Shown here: positions 42,255 through 52,163 of the stretch, piece by piece
Layout of the letters: each line of letters opens with the position of its first letter
How positions within the stretch are numbered: position 1 is the stretch's first letter
Assembly (NCBI GenBank): GCA_963707915.1
Contig: OY970178.1
Span: 3,296,001-3,360,000 of the forward strand
Length of the DNA stretch: 64,000 nucleotides
Direction: 5' to 3'
Source of the DNA: Candidatus Eiseniibacteriota bacterium
GTDB taxonomy: Bacteria > Eisenbacteria > RBG-16-71-46
Notes under the pieces: generated by a model
Told to the model about the DNA's origin: nothing
What the model saw: only the letters and a program-made list of their open reading frames with translations
Databases searched by the model: none
Program-made: the position numbers and the translations under genes

Positions 42255-43571
42255 GTGCCCATGATCATCGAACCGGGTTCGGCAGTCTCGCGGCTGTCAA
42301 TCACCAGAATTCAGGTCAAGAGCCTTTTTGGCCTCTATGACTACGACCTCAGCTCTGAGCCGAGCTTCTTCGAGGACGCGTCGCGTCTGGTGATTCTGTA
42401 CGGTGACAACGGATCCGGCAAGACAACATTGCTCAAACTGATCTTCCACCTGCTTTCGGCAGCAGAGAACCGAGGCCACAGGTCGGCGCTAGCGAGAACT
42501 CCATTCAGACTGTTCAGTCTTACATTGGGCGGCGATCTGACGATAAGCGTGGAGAAGACCGAAGAAAGCCTGACTGGTTCATATGTACTGACGGTCCGTC
42601 GAGGCCCTGAGGCGGAGCTAGAGGTGCCTGTGGCCGTCGACCCTGAGGGAGTGGTTAGGCAGGGCACAGAGCTATACAGCAAGTACATCGAACGCCTCGG
42701 GATTGCACTACAGTACTTGTCGGATGACAGGAAGCCGATATCGGGCGACACAGAGGACCAAGACTCAGAATACATGGAGTACCGGCGCAGGTTGGTTCTC
42801 CACTCTCAGCCTGCGATCCGTGACGTCGGGGATGTGTTGACGGCCGCCATTAAGAAGCTTGAGTCGTGGTTCAGGGGCCAGGCGCTTCGTGGGTCGAGTC
42901 GGGGCGAGTTAGACTCGAATGCAATTTACGCGGAGGTTGCCCGGCGAATCGCTCGGGCAGACGACCCGAATCGCCCTGCCGACACGGACGCCATGACGTT
43001 GATTGAGCGATTGGAGAGCCTCGAAGTCAGGAGCGAGGCTTTCGCTGCGTTCGGGCTGCTAAGCAGACTCGACGCTGCTCCAATCATAGAGAGCTTGCGG
43101 GGGAGTGGGGCGCATAGTGGGCTCATCGCGAGAGTGGTTGGACCCTACCTAGACGGCGTCGAAGCACGCATGACAGCACTGCAAGAAGTTCAAGTGTTGG
43201 CGAACAGATTCGTGACGCATCTGTCACAGTACTTATCAGACAAGACGGTCTCATTCACCTTGCGTGATGGCCTGGTGATTCGGTCCACGACGGGGAGAGT
43301 GCTGGAGCCGGAACATCTGTCCTCCGGTGAACGACAATTGCTTCTGCTCTGCTGCGACACAATAGTTGTCCGAGACGAGCCGACACTTGTGATCATTGAT
43401 GAGCCAGAACTGTCGCTGAACATCAAGTGGCAACAGCAGTTGCTTGAGACGTTGCTTGACCTTACAAGAAGCGCTCCAGTGCAATTTGTAATTGCTACGC
43501 ATTCTGCAGAGGTCATGGGCGAGCATAGGGAGAGTGTGCGTCATCTCGTCGCCACGCACAAAGAGGTGTGA
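42255..43571 (+). CDS. ABC/AAA_21-type ATPase, PARIS AriA-like
   Basis: GDNGSGKTT, LSSGERQ, IIDEPELSL and ATHS motifs; followed by a DUF4435-like gene. Confidence 0.85.
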   Translation: MPMIIEPGSAVSRLSITRIQVKSLFGLYDYDLSSEPSFFEDASRLVILYGDNGSGKTTLLKLIFHLLSAAENRGHRSALARTPFRLFSLTLGGDLTISVEKTEESLTGSYVLTVRRGPEAELEVPVAVDPEGVVRQGTELYSKYIERLGIALQYLSDDRKPISGDTEDQDSEYMEYRRRLVLHSQPAIRDVGDVLTAAIKKLESWFRGQALRGSSRGELDSNAIYAEVARRIARADDPNRPADTDAMTLIERLESLEVRSEAFAAFGLLSRLDAAPIIESLRGSGAHSGLIARVVGPYLDGVEARMTALQEVQVLANRFVTHLSQYLSDKTVSFTLRDGLVIRSTTGRVLEPEHLSSGERQLLLLCCDTIVVRDEPTLVIIDEPELSLNIKWQQQLLETLLDLTRSAPVQFVIATHSAEVMGEHRESVRHLVATHKEV

Positions 43572-43577
43572 TAGAAG

Positions 43578-44456
43578 ATGAATGGCGCTGCTCGGCAGAG
43601 CCTGGCCGGAATCGTAGCGAAGTACGAGCTGGAACCAACGCTACGCGAGGTCTACGTCGAGGGCTGTTGCGACAGGCGCGTGTTGCGATGGGTCTTGAAT
43701 GAAGTAGGACTGTCGCGCGTGCGCGTGTACGAGGTTGACCAAGTGGAGGTGCCGGCAGGGACGGTTCTGGCGCTGGGGTTGGCGGACAACATGCGTGGGC
43801 GGGTGATTGCGCTGGCGGGCGAGCTTGACCGACTGTCGGATGTTGACCTTCGTGGACGTGTTGTGTGCTGGGCGGACCGCGATCTCGATTCGATCTTGAA
43901 TGTTGAGCACTCGTGCGGCCTGGTGCTGTTGACGGATTATCCAGCGATGGAGTCGTACTGCCTTACTGAGCGAACGCTAGGGAAGGTGGTGGCGGTCACG
44001 TTTGCGATTGCTGGCCTCGGGGGAGCGGACGTTGCCGAGGGTATTGGGGACGTGATGAAGGAGATGTTCCTAATACGGGCGGCGAGCGCAAGTTTGAGCA
44101 CGGCGTGGCGGATAGTCAGTTGTGTGGGTCAATGCGGACTGGTCGGGACGCGCATCGCATTCCGCCGGGGAGAGTATGTCCGTGTGTTGCTCGACGCGAA
44201 TCAGGCGAGGCAGGACGAGGAGTTGCTTGAAGATGAAGTGGAGCGGCTGAGGGATAGATTGGGTGAGGACCGGAGGGAGTGGGCGCACGGGCATGACCTT
44301 GTGCGGCTGCTCAGATGGTATCTAAGGCACTGGAACGCTGAACTCGGGAGAGTCTCGGAGAGCGTCTTTGGTGGCGCTTTGTTGGGCGCTGTGGAACGCG
44401 CAGATCTCCTTGATGAGCAGGCGTTTCGGGAGCTGGTTAGACGGTTGACGCAGTAA
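43578..44456 (+). CDS. DUF4435-like TOPRIM nuclease, PARIS AriB-like
   Basis: VYVEGCCD, ADRDLD, TDYPAMESY and HGHD motifs. Confidence 0.75.
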   Translation: MNGAARQSLAGIVAKYELEPTLREVYVEGCCDRRVLRWVLNEVGLSRVRVYEVDQVEVPAGTVLALGLADNMRGRVIALAGELDRLSDVDLRGRVVCWADRDLDSILNVEHSCGLVLLTDYPAMESYCLTERTLGKVVAVTFAIAGLGGADVAEGIGDVMKEMFLIRAASASLSTAWRIVSCVGQCGLVGTRIAFRRGEYVRVLLDANQARQDEELLEDEVERLRDRLGEDRREWAHGHDLVRLLRWYLRHWNAELGRVSESVFGGALLGAVERADLLDEQAFRELVRRLTQ

Positions 44457-45207
44457 GGTGTGAGCTTGACAGGATCTAGGTCAAGTGATTGGATGTCGCT
44501 GCCGCAATCCGCGCAATCTCGTTTCACTAGGAATGAGCCGAGTCCAGGGCTCCACCAGACGCGCTGCGGCGCGTAGTCCCGCGTGGGCGGGCGGTGTGTC
44601 GTAAAGAGGGGCGGAGCGGCACGGAGGGCGCCAATGCGTGCCCTGGGAGGCGGTAGGGGGAGGGTGGCGGGCCGATAGGCGGGGTGATTCCCCGCCGGTT
44701 CATCCACTAGCGCAGATCGAAGGGCAGGACTCTGCCTCGTTGGCCAGTTGCCAGCGGGGCTATCGGCGTTGGTGTCGGCGGGCTGCCCGCTGGCCGCTGG
44801 GGCCGGGGTGCCCTTCCGGGCGACGGGGTCGGTCGCCCCCTTGGTCTGTTGGTGTCTGGCTGTGCGGTTGGAGCCGGATGGCTGGGCTCTCAGCTGGATG
44901 GTCGGGCGCACGCGCAGACGGCCATCATGGGGCTGATGTTCCTCCTCGTCGTCATTGGGGGCATGGGACTGCTGGCAGCCGCGTACTTGGCAGTGCGAGG
45001 TGCCTTCCGAAACTCGTCGTATGACCCCGAAGCGGTCCGACTCGCGGACGAGGAGAAGCTAGCGGTCCGCGAGGGTTCTGACGGCGGCTAGGGTGGCGAG
45101 GCTGAGAGGTAGGCGCAGGGGAGGACAGTAGCCAAGACCGTAGCCAAAACCGTAGCCACTCGGCTGCGGGCACTTGCACGGCGGCCCGTAAGTCGTGTAG
45201 AAACAGA

Positions 45208-45249
45208 GGCGGAGAGGTGCTGGAGCGGTTGAACAGGACGGTCTCGAAA
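45208..45249 (+). repeat. att-like direct repeat 2: 5' half of tRNA-Ser(CGA)
   Basis: Identical 42-mer to 41932-41973, preceded by three GTAGCCA arm-like repeats at 45126-45159. Confidence 0.85.
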
Positions 45250-45450
45250 GCCGCTCGGAGATCAATCGCCTCCCAACCTGGGAAGTCCGCCAGCAGCACC
45301 TATTTGCTTGTGGCCTCAGCGAGTTACGCGCGCTGGGGCCGGTTTGTTTTCATGGCCTGGAGTGGTCACGAAGGGCCACGAGAGGACTTTCACGGGGTCA
45401 CAAAGGGGTCACCTTGCGGCCAGGCTTGGGGGGCGGTCATCGACTCCGGT

Positions 45451-45490
45451 TGTCTGTCATTTGCTGTCATTTGGTGTCGTGTGGTATCAT
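45451..45490 (+). promoter_or_regulatory. Promoter overlapped by four 10-bp tandem repeats
   Basis: TGTCTGTCAT/TTGCTGTCAT/TTGGTGTCGT/GTGGTATCAT; extended -10 TGgTATCAT lies 6 nt before the ATG. Confidence 0.6.
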
Positions 45491-45496
45491 GGTCCC

Positions 45497-47515
45497 ATGA
45501 GCCACGATTGGATCACAACTGAAGAGGCCGCCAAGTACCTCGGCATCGGCAAGACGACCCTGTACAGCCTCACCCGGGCCGGAAAGATTCCTGCAACGCG
45601 CCTGGGCAAGAAGTGGGTGTACGACAAGCAGGCTCTCGCCCAGTGGATTAGGAAGGGCAGGAAACTGGAGCGCTTCTTCGTCGAGACCGTGGCGGAGATC
45701 GAGAACAACTCCAGCCTCCGCGAGCCCCAACGGGATGCCTACCTCCTCGCACTTGAGTTCTTCCAGGGCGGCGGCAAGAAGGCGATCATCCAGCTCCCGG
45801 TCGGGTGCGGAAAGTCCGGCCTGGCCGCGATCCTACCGTTCGGTATCGCCAATGGGCGCGTGCTCATCATCGCCCCGAACCTGACGATCAAGGACGAACT
45901 CTTCAAGTCGCTGGACATCACGAATCGGCAGAAGTGCTTCTGGCGGCGGATGCGAGTCCTTGAGGACGCGGACATGACGAGCGGTCCATACGTCGCCACT
46001 CTTGAGAGCGGCAACCTGTCAGTCTGTGCCAAGTCGCACATCGTGCTGACGAACATCCAGCAACTGGCGGCGAACGTCGACAAGTGGCTGAACAAGTTCC
46101 CCGAAGCCTTCTTCGACCTGATCATTGTCGACGAGGCTCACCACGGTGCGGCATCCAGCTGGAAGCGGGTGTTCGAGAAGTTCCCGCAGGCCAAGGTAGT
46201 CAACCTGACGGCCACGCCGTTCCGCAGCGACCGCCAGGAACTCGATGGCGACCTGATCTACCGCTACCCCTTCAAGAGCGCCAGCATCAAGGGCTTCATC
46301 AAGAAGCTCAAGGCCAGCTATGTCGCGCCAACCGAACTCACCTTCACGATCGAGGGCGAGACGCGGACGTTTGGGCTGAAGGAAGTCTTGGCGATGAAGG
46401 ATGAGGAGTGGTTCAGCCGAGGCGTGGCACTTTCAGAGCCCTGCAACGTCAGCATCGTCGACAACAGCTTGGAGAAGTTGGAGCTCTTGCGGCAGTCGGG
46501 CACGAAGCATCAGATCATCGCGGTGGCTTGCTCGATCAACCACGCGCAGCGCATTCGCTCGCTGTACCAGGAGCGTGGATATGACGCCGCCATCATCCAC
46601 AGCAAGCTGGATGAGGCGGAGCAGGAAGAAGTCCTTCGTGACCTGTACAACGGTACCCTCGATTGCATCATCCAGGTGCAGATGCTCGGGGAAGGGTTCG
46701 ATCACCCGAAGCTTAGCGTGGCCGCGATCTTCCGGCCGTTCCGGACCCTTGCGCCATACATCCAGTTCGTGGGCCGCATCCTTCGCGTTGTCGTCCAGAA
46801 CGACCCGACTCACCCGGACAACTACGGACACATCGTCACGCATGTCGGGCTCAATCTCGACGAGCTACTGCAGCAGTTCAAGCAGTTCGAGAACGACGAT
46901 CAGAAGTTCTGGGAGATGGTCACGGGCGGGAAGGAGCCCGAGCCGCCGCACGAGGTCATCGACGGCGAGGCTCGGATGAAGCTCCAAGAGGACATGGTCG
47001 TCAGCCGAGAGATCGTCGACCGGCTCTTCGAGGAGGACTTCTCCACGGCCGAGGATACCGACATCGTCCAGGAGCTCGAGAAGAAGCTCGAAAGCCTCGG
47101 CCTGGACTCCACGCTCGCACGGCAGATGCTCGAGCAGAGCCGGTCTCAGCCGAAGGGGCGACGAACCGCGGCCGCGGCCGCGCCTTTCAGCGTGATTCCC
47201 GCAAAGAAGTGGCAGGAGCTGCGCAAGCGTCTAGACGAAGAAGCCAAGCGCACAGCGAAGCTCGTGCTGAACCGAACCGGACTCAAGCCTGAGGGCGTCG
47301 ACCTGCCGTTCAAGTTGAAGCCCGGGATCGGTGGCAAGAACAACTTCATCGCGGCATTCCAGATGGTCAACGAAGGGATCAGCAAGCGAGTCGCCGCCGG
47401 CCGAAAGCGGCCGGAGTGGACAATCGAGGAGTTCGAATCAGCGATGAAACTGCTCCCAGAGGTGCTCGACGGGCTCGTTCGAGAAGTGAAGAAACTCCAA
47501 CATGCCAAAGGGTAA
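45497..47515 (+). CDS. SF2 DEAH helicase (ResIII-like) with N-terminal excisionase-type HTH
   Basis: EEAAKYLGIGKTTLY HTH; LPVGCGKS, IVDEAHH, LTATP, MLGEGFD and QFVGR motifs. Confidence 0.9.
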   Translation: MSHDWITTEEAAKYLGIGKTTLYSLTRAGKIPATRLGKKWVYDKQALAQWIRKGRKLERFFVETVAEIENNSSLREPQRDAYLLALEFFQGGGKKAIIQLPVGCGKSGLAAILPFGIANGRVLIIAPNLTIKDELFKSLDITNRQKCFWRRMRVLEDADMTSGPYVATLESGNLSVCAKSHIVLTNIQQLAANVDKWLNKFPEAFFDLIIVDEAHHGAASSWKRVFEKFPQAKVVNLTATPFRSDRQELDGDLIYRYPFKSASIKGFIKKLKASYVAPTELTFTIEGETRTFGLKEVLAMKDEEWFSRGVALSEPCNVSIVDNSLEKLELLRQSGTKHQIIAVACSINHAQRIRSLYQERGYDAAIIHSKLDEAEQEEVLRDLYNGTLDCIIQVQMLGEGFDHPKLSVAAIFRPFRTLAPYIQFVGRILRVVVQNDPTHPDNYGHIVTHVGLNLDELLQQFKQFENDDQKFWEMVTGGKEPEPPHEVIDGEARMKLQEDMVVSREIVDRLFEEDFSTAEDTDIVQELEKKLESLGLDSTLARQMLEQSRSQPKGRRTAAAAAPFSVIPAKKWQELRKRLDEEAKRTAKLVLNRTGLKPEGVDLPFKLKPGIGGKNNFIAAFQMVNEGISKRVAAGRKRPEWTIEEFESAMKLLPEVLDGLVREVKKLQHAKG

Positions 47516-47741
47516 GACGCCATCTCTCATCGGGTCATCACTGGGGCGGCCTCGGGCAGCCATGGCGGGGAAGCTCTGTCACTGCAGTCGGTGCAGTGCG
47601 GACATCACGATGGGAGCAAAGTGCTATGACGTCCCGCAACCCTCGAAGTCTTTTCCGAGGCCGCGACGCTTCTGCGCGACGTGCTTCGAGGCGGTCTTGG
47701 TGCAAACTCGGCAGGACCTGGCTGAGCTCAAAGATCTTTGA
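47502..47741 (+). CDS. Small Zn-finger protein
   Basis: CSRC...C...CATC; start overlaps the helicase stop. Confidence 0.7.
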   Translation: MPKGKTPSLIGSSLGRPRAAMAGKLCHCSRCSADITMGAKCYDVPQPSKSFPRPRRFCATCFEAVLVQTRQDLAELKDL

Positions 47742-47756
47742 TGGCCGGAGATTTCG

Positions 47757-49004
47757 ATGGGGCCAATCCTCGTTTTCGACAAGTCGTTCTTGCAGAGCAT
47801 CAATCCTGATGAAGCGGTGTGGCTTGACCACTTCTTCCTGACCAACATCACACCACTGTTCTTCATCGAGACCCTCGCGGATCTTGAGAAGGAGGTGCGC
47901 AAGGGACGTACTCCCGAGCAAGTGGTTGGGAATCTCGCCTACAAGACCCCCGACTTGAACTCGAAACCAAGCGTTCACCACACGCGGTTGTTGAGCGGCG
48001 AACTCAGCGGGCGGGCGCCTGTACCCATGGGCGAGGGACAGATCATCGTGCCGGGTGGGAAGCAGACCGTGCTCGATGGGAAGAGCGGCGTGTTCTTCGA
48101 GCAGTCGCCCGAGGAAGAGGCGCTGAGCCGCTGGCAGAAGGGGCAGTTTCTTGATCTCGAGCGCCAGCAAGCCAAGCAATGGCGCCGCGGCCTCTCGCTT
48201 CTTACTCCCGAGAAACAGCGCGAACTCTTCTCGCCGTGGTTTCAAACAGGGACACCGAATACGCTGGCAGACGTGAAGCTTGCGGCAGACGGGTTCATTG
48301 ACCAATCGGACCAGGAGCGATCCCTCTCGTTTGGCTTGGCACTTGTTGGGGTGAACCCTGCGGGACAAGCCGAAATCCTCGGACGCTGGCGCGCCTCCGG
48401 ACGACCGTCAATCGCTGTCTTCGCCCCGTACTTCCGGCATGTGTACGGCGTGGAGCTGTTCTTCTACCTTGGGCTCGCCGCGCGGCTGATCTCCGAGCGT
48501 CGGACAAATCACGTTGACCTTGCCTACCTCTTCTACCTGCCGTTCTGCATGGTCTTCACGTCCTCCGACGACCTGCACGCTGCGACGGTGCCCCTCTTCC
48601 TGCGCGACAACCAGACATTCGTCCCGGGTGCCGAGTTGAAGGCCGACCTCGGAGCACTGGATCGTCACTACAGTGCCTTCCCGGACGAAGCGAAGGCTCG
48701 CGGGTTGTACGAGCTCGCAGCCTGGCCGCCGGTGGATGATGCGTTTCTCGTGTCGAGACTGTGGGACGCCCACATGCGACCCGACTGGAGGGAGATCGCC
48801 GTCAAACCAGAGCCAGCGCCGGATAAGACGCGGGATGCGAAGCTCGTCGAGAGGCTCCGCGACCAATGGGAGGCGGGACGAGCGGCCCCAGAAGCCTCCT
48901 CGGGCAACTCGGGCGATGTCGACTACATGGTGGTCACGCGCAGAGTGGATATGAAGAAGGGAAAGTGGAATCGTTTTCCGCCAGAGGTGAAGCCCGACCC
49001 CTGA
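47757..49004 (+). CDS. Hypothetical protein, possible PIN-like nuclease
   Basis: 415-aa ORF with RBS. ILVFDKSFL, FIETLAD, VDLAYL and FTSSD resemble the PIN acidic residue layout (inference). Confidence 0.7.
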   Translation: MGPILVFDKSFLQSINPDEAVWLDHFFLTNITPLFFIETLADLEKEVRKGRTPEQVVGNLAYKTPDLNSKPSVHHTRLLSGELSGRAPVPMGEGQIIVPGGKQTVLDGKSGVFFEQSPEEEALSRWQKGQFLDLERQQAKQWRRGLSLLTPEKQRELFSPWFQTGTPNTLADVKLAADGFIDQSDQERSLSFGLALVGVNPAGQAEILGRWRASGRPSIAVFAPYFRHVYGVELFFYLGLAARLISERRTNHVDLAYLFYLPFCMVFTSSDDLHAATVPLFLRDNQTFVPGAELKADLGALDRHYSAFPDEAKARGLYELAAWPPVDDAFLVSRLWDAHMRPDWREIAVKPEPAPDKTRDAKLVERLRDQWEAGRAAPEASSGNSGDVDYMVVTRRVDMKKGKWNRFPPEVKPDP

Positions 49005-49127
49005 TGCCCGCCGTCGACAACCTTCTGAGAGTGCCACGCTCTCTAGATGATGCCGTGACCTGTTGGTTTGCGCAGCGTAGGCTTCGTCCGGGTGTCTTGA
49101 CCTCAGCCCCTCATCGAGGTGGATCCA

Positions 49128-50096
49128 ATGATCTCTGCACTAGATGCAGTGTATCCCGAAGACGGCCTCTGCCGCATCCTCGCGTTGGACGGTGGTGGGG
49201 CGAAGGGCTTCTATACCCTCGGGGTGCTCAAGGAAGTGGAGGGGTTGCTCGGGTGTCATCTCCACAAACGCTTTGATCTCGTCTTCGGGACGAGCACCGG
49301 TGCCATCATCGCCTCCCTGATCGCGCTTGGACACAGCATTGACGAGATCCACGCGTTGTACAAAGCCCACGTTCCTCGCGTCATGGCCGAGCGCTCCCCC
49401 CGGGGTAGGGCAGCGGCCCTCGAGCGCTTGACCAAGGAGGTCTTTGGAACGAAGTCGTTCGAAGACGTCAGGACGGGTGTCGGGGTCATCGCGACGAAGT
49501 GGTCGATCGAAAGACCGATGATCTTCAAGGGAAGCGTTGCGCAAGCCCACGGCCGTAGAGGGACATTCACGCCAGGGTTTGGGGTGACGATCGCCGACGC
49601 GGTCAAAGCTTCCTGCTCTGCCTATCCGTTCTTCGATCGCACCACCTTGGTGACGTCTTCGGGGGATAGGGTCGAACTCATCGACGGAGGATATTGCGCG
49701 AACAACCCGACGCTCTACGCGATCGCGGATGCGGTTGCCGCGCTGGGGAGAGACACCAAGGACCTGCGGGTTGTGAGCGTGGGGGTGGGAAGTTACCCCG
49801 AGCCAAAGCCGGGATTGAAGATGTGGCTGGCGAAGAAATACCTTGTTAGCGTCCAGCTGCTGCAGAAGACACTCGAGATCAACACGCAATCAATGGATCA
49901 GCTCCGAGCGATTCTGTTCCGCGAGGTCCCCACTATTCGGATCAGTGACGCATTCGAGCACCCGGAGTTGGCCACGGACCTCTTGGAGCATGACCTCGCA
50001 AAGCTCAACCTCTTGCACCAACGTGGGAGGGAGTCATTTGCGTCGAGAGAAGACCAGCTGAAGGCCTTTCTCCTACCTAGCGGGACGACAGCATGA
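49128..50096 (+). CDS. Patatin-like phospholipase, CBASS effector (CapV/CapE-like)
   Basis: LDGGGAKG, GTSTG and DGG motifs; overlaps the CD-NTase start (ATGA). Confidence 0.9.
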   Translation: MISALDAVYPEDGLCRILALDGGGAKGFYTLGVLKEVEGLLGCHLHKRFDLVFGTSTGAIIASLIALGHSIDEIHALYKAHVPRVMAERSPRGRAAALERLTKEVFGTKSFEDVRTGVGVIATKWSIERPMIFKGSVAQAHGRRGTFTPGFGVTIADAVKASCSAYPFFDRTTLVTSSGDRVELIDGGYCANNPTLYAIADAVAALGRDTKDLRVVSVGVGSYPEPKPGLKMWLAKKYLVSVQLLQKTLEINTQSMDQLRAILFREVPTIRISDAFEHPELATDLLEHDLAKLNLLHQRGRESFASREDQLKAFLLPSGTTA

Positions 50097-50986
50097 CAAT
50101 CCCAGAAGCGCAGTTTGAAACCTGGGCGCATCAAGGCTCAATCGCACAGTCACGCGACACCTATGCCTCAGTGGGTCGTGTATTGCGCGCGTCGGACACC
50201 CCGTACTCCGGGAAGGCGTACCGTGTGTTCCTGCAGGGATCTTATGGCAACGACACCAACATCTATGCGGAGAGCGACGTCGACGTCGTGATCTGCCTGG
50301 ACGAGTGCTGGGGCAGCGATCTCTCGGAGTTGTCAGGGCCGGAAAAGGCCGCGTACGAGAGCTCTCACGTGACGGCGACGTATTCTCATGTGGACTTCAA
50401 GCGCGATGTGCTGGATGTCCTCAGGGCGCAGTACGATGACGACGTTGAGGCTGGGGACAAGGCCATTGCGATTGCCGCTAACGGCAACCGCAGAAGATCG
50501 GACGTCATTGTCTCTACGGAGTTCAGGCGCTACAGGCGTTACGTGAACGCCACCGACCAGGACTACGTGACCGGAATCTGCTTCTTCAACAAGTCCGGAG
50601 CGCGCATCGAGAACTACCCCCGGCAGCATTCAGAGAACCTGACACGTAAGCATCAAAGCGCGGGAAATGGGCTGAAGCCAATGATTCGGGCCCTTAAGAA
50701 CCTCAGGGGGAGGCTGGTCGACGACGGCGTGATTGAGTCAGATCGTGCGCCGTCCTACTACCTCGAGGGACTGCTGTACAACGTGCCAGACGAACTGTTT
50801 GTCACAAGCCTCCAGCAGACGTTCGTAAACAGCGTCAACTGGCTACAGTCTGAGGCGGACAAGGCGAAGCTCTTGTGCGCGCATGAGTTGTACTATCTCC
50901 TCTGGGATGACTCTCCGACATCGTGGCCAAGAACTCATTGCGACGAGTTTCTTTCGGCCGCGACTGACCTGTGGAACGAGTGGTGA
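50093..50986 (+). CDS. cGAS/DncV-like nucleotidyltransferase (CdnE-like)
   Basis: LQGSYGNDTN...SDVDVV, NYPRQH, APSYYLEGLLYNVP. Confidence 0.9.
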   Translation: MTIPEAQFETWAHQGSIAQSRDTYASVGRVLRASDTPYSGKAYRVFLQGSYGNDTNIYAESDVDVVICLDECWGSDLSELSGPEKAAYESSHVTATYSHVDFKRDVLDVLRAQYDDDVEAGDKAIAIAANGNRRRSDVIVSTEFRRYRRYVNATDQDYVTGICFFNKSGARIENYPRQHSENLTRKHQSAGNGLKPMIRALKNLRGRLVDDGVIESDRAPSYYLEGLLYNVPDELFVTSLQQTFVNSVNWLQSEADKAKLLCAHELYYLLWDDSPTSWPRTHCDEFLSAATDLWNEW

Positions 50987-51075
50987 GCAAGTACTCGGGC
51001 CGGTAGTCTCGGACTTCCGTCATTGTCCGTTTCGATCTTCAAGTCCGGCAGGTAGAAGTCCGTGGTCTCGAAGAG

Positions 51076-51108
51076 CCAAGTTCGAAGACGGACGCAAGTG
51101 GTCCGCCA
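51076..51108 (-). repeat. Recombinase-tail repeat copy D (diverged)
   Basis: CCAAGTTCGAAG...GCCA, 33 nt; encodes WRTTCVRLRTW followed by LFETTDFYLPDL. Confidence 0.6.
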
Positions 51109-51483
51109 CTCACAGGAGAGTTTGGGCCAAGCGAATACATGTCGCCCCCGTGGGTTACGACCCGCGGGGGCGATCTTGTGTCTTGGCAGATCTGGGCGCC
51201 TTGGGGAGCGTTCGGGCAGCCGAAGGAACCGCAGAATGGGACAAGAACGGTGACAAGAATCAGAGATCACTTGCGCCGCGATCGACGGCCGTGCGCTAGG
51301 CCGGGTGCCCGGCGTTCGTCGAGGACTCGGGGCATGGGATTCCGGCGGGTGGCGTCTTCTGGTGGTCACGGATGGACACGAGAGAACAGCGAAGGACCCG
51401 TTAGGCCGCCAAAGTAGCAACCATTTGGTAGCCAGAATCCGGCTACCAGAGCAGCGGTCTAGGCGACCGCGTGGCCGCAACCC

Positions 51484-51511
51484 TTGACGAGCCCGCTGGG
51501 GGGTGTATGCT
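51484..51511 (+). promoter_or_regulatory. Sigma70-like promoter of the lexA-like gene
   Basis: TTGACG-N16-TATGCT, about 10 nt before ATG 51522. Confidence 0.5.
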
Positions 51512-51521
51512 GCTGTATGCG

Positions 51522-52154
51522 ATGACTCTCCGACCTCTCACCCCCAAGGAATTCCAAGCTCTCCGGCACATCCGGAACTGCCTGGCACATGGCCAACCCG
51601 CGCCCACCGTTCGCGAGCTAAAGGACCTGCTGGAGTACCGGTCACCACGCTCCGCGGCGGTAATTCTGGAGCGGCTTGCTGCCCATGGGTTCATCCGCCG
51701 CCGTCCGGATGGCCAGCTCCAGCTGCTCCGCGATCTGCCGGAGGGAGCCGCCCATGCGCGTACCGTGCCCGTGCCGCTCGTGGGCGCGATCGCCTGCGGC
51801 GCGCCGCTTCTGGCCGAACAGAACATCGAGGCGATGATTCCGGTCTCGCTCTCTCTCGCCCGTCCGCCGCACAACTACTTCATGCTTCGCGCGAAAGGCA
51901 ACTCTATGAACCGCGCGGGCATCCAGGATGGTGATCTCGTGCTCGTCCGACAGCAGCCAACTGCCCAGGACGGCGACCGGGTGGTCGCCCTGATCGATGA
52001 CGAGGCTACGGTCAAGGTGCTGCGACGAGCGGGCGATGCGATTGCTCTCGAACCGCGTTCAACGAACAAGCGGCACGAGCCCATCCTCGTGACTACGGAT
52101 TTTCAGGTCCAGGGCGTTGTCGTCGGAACTATTCGTGCCCCGCGTATGAGGTAA
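51522..52154 (+). CDS. LexA-like repressor (wHTH + S24 autopeptidase)
   Basis: PTVREL...L...GFI, VGAIACG cleavage loop, GNSM (Ser) and ATVK (Lys). Confidence 0.9.
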   Translation: MTLRPLTPKEFQALRHIRNCLAHGQPAPTVRELKDLLEYRSPRSAAVILERLAAHGFIRRRPDGQLQLLRDLPEGAAHARTVPVPLVGAIACGAPLLAEQNIEAMIPVSLSLARPPHNYFMLRAKGNSMNRAGIQDGDLVLVRQQPTAQDGDRVVALIDDEATVKVLRRAGDAIALEPRSTNKRHEPILVTTDFQVQGVVVGTIRAPRMR

Positions 52155-52163
52155 TCTTGCACC

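Noticed and set aside
44927..45091. Small membrane ORF MGLMFLLVVIGG...
   Set aside because: Plausible but unsupported, and its 3' end overlaps what looks like a decayed integrase tail.
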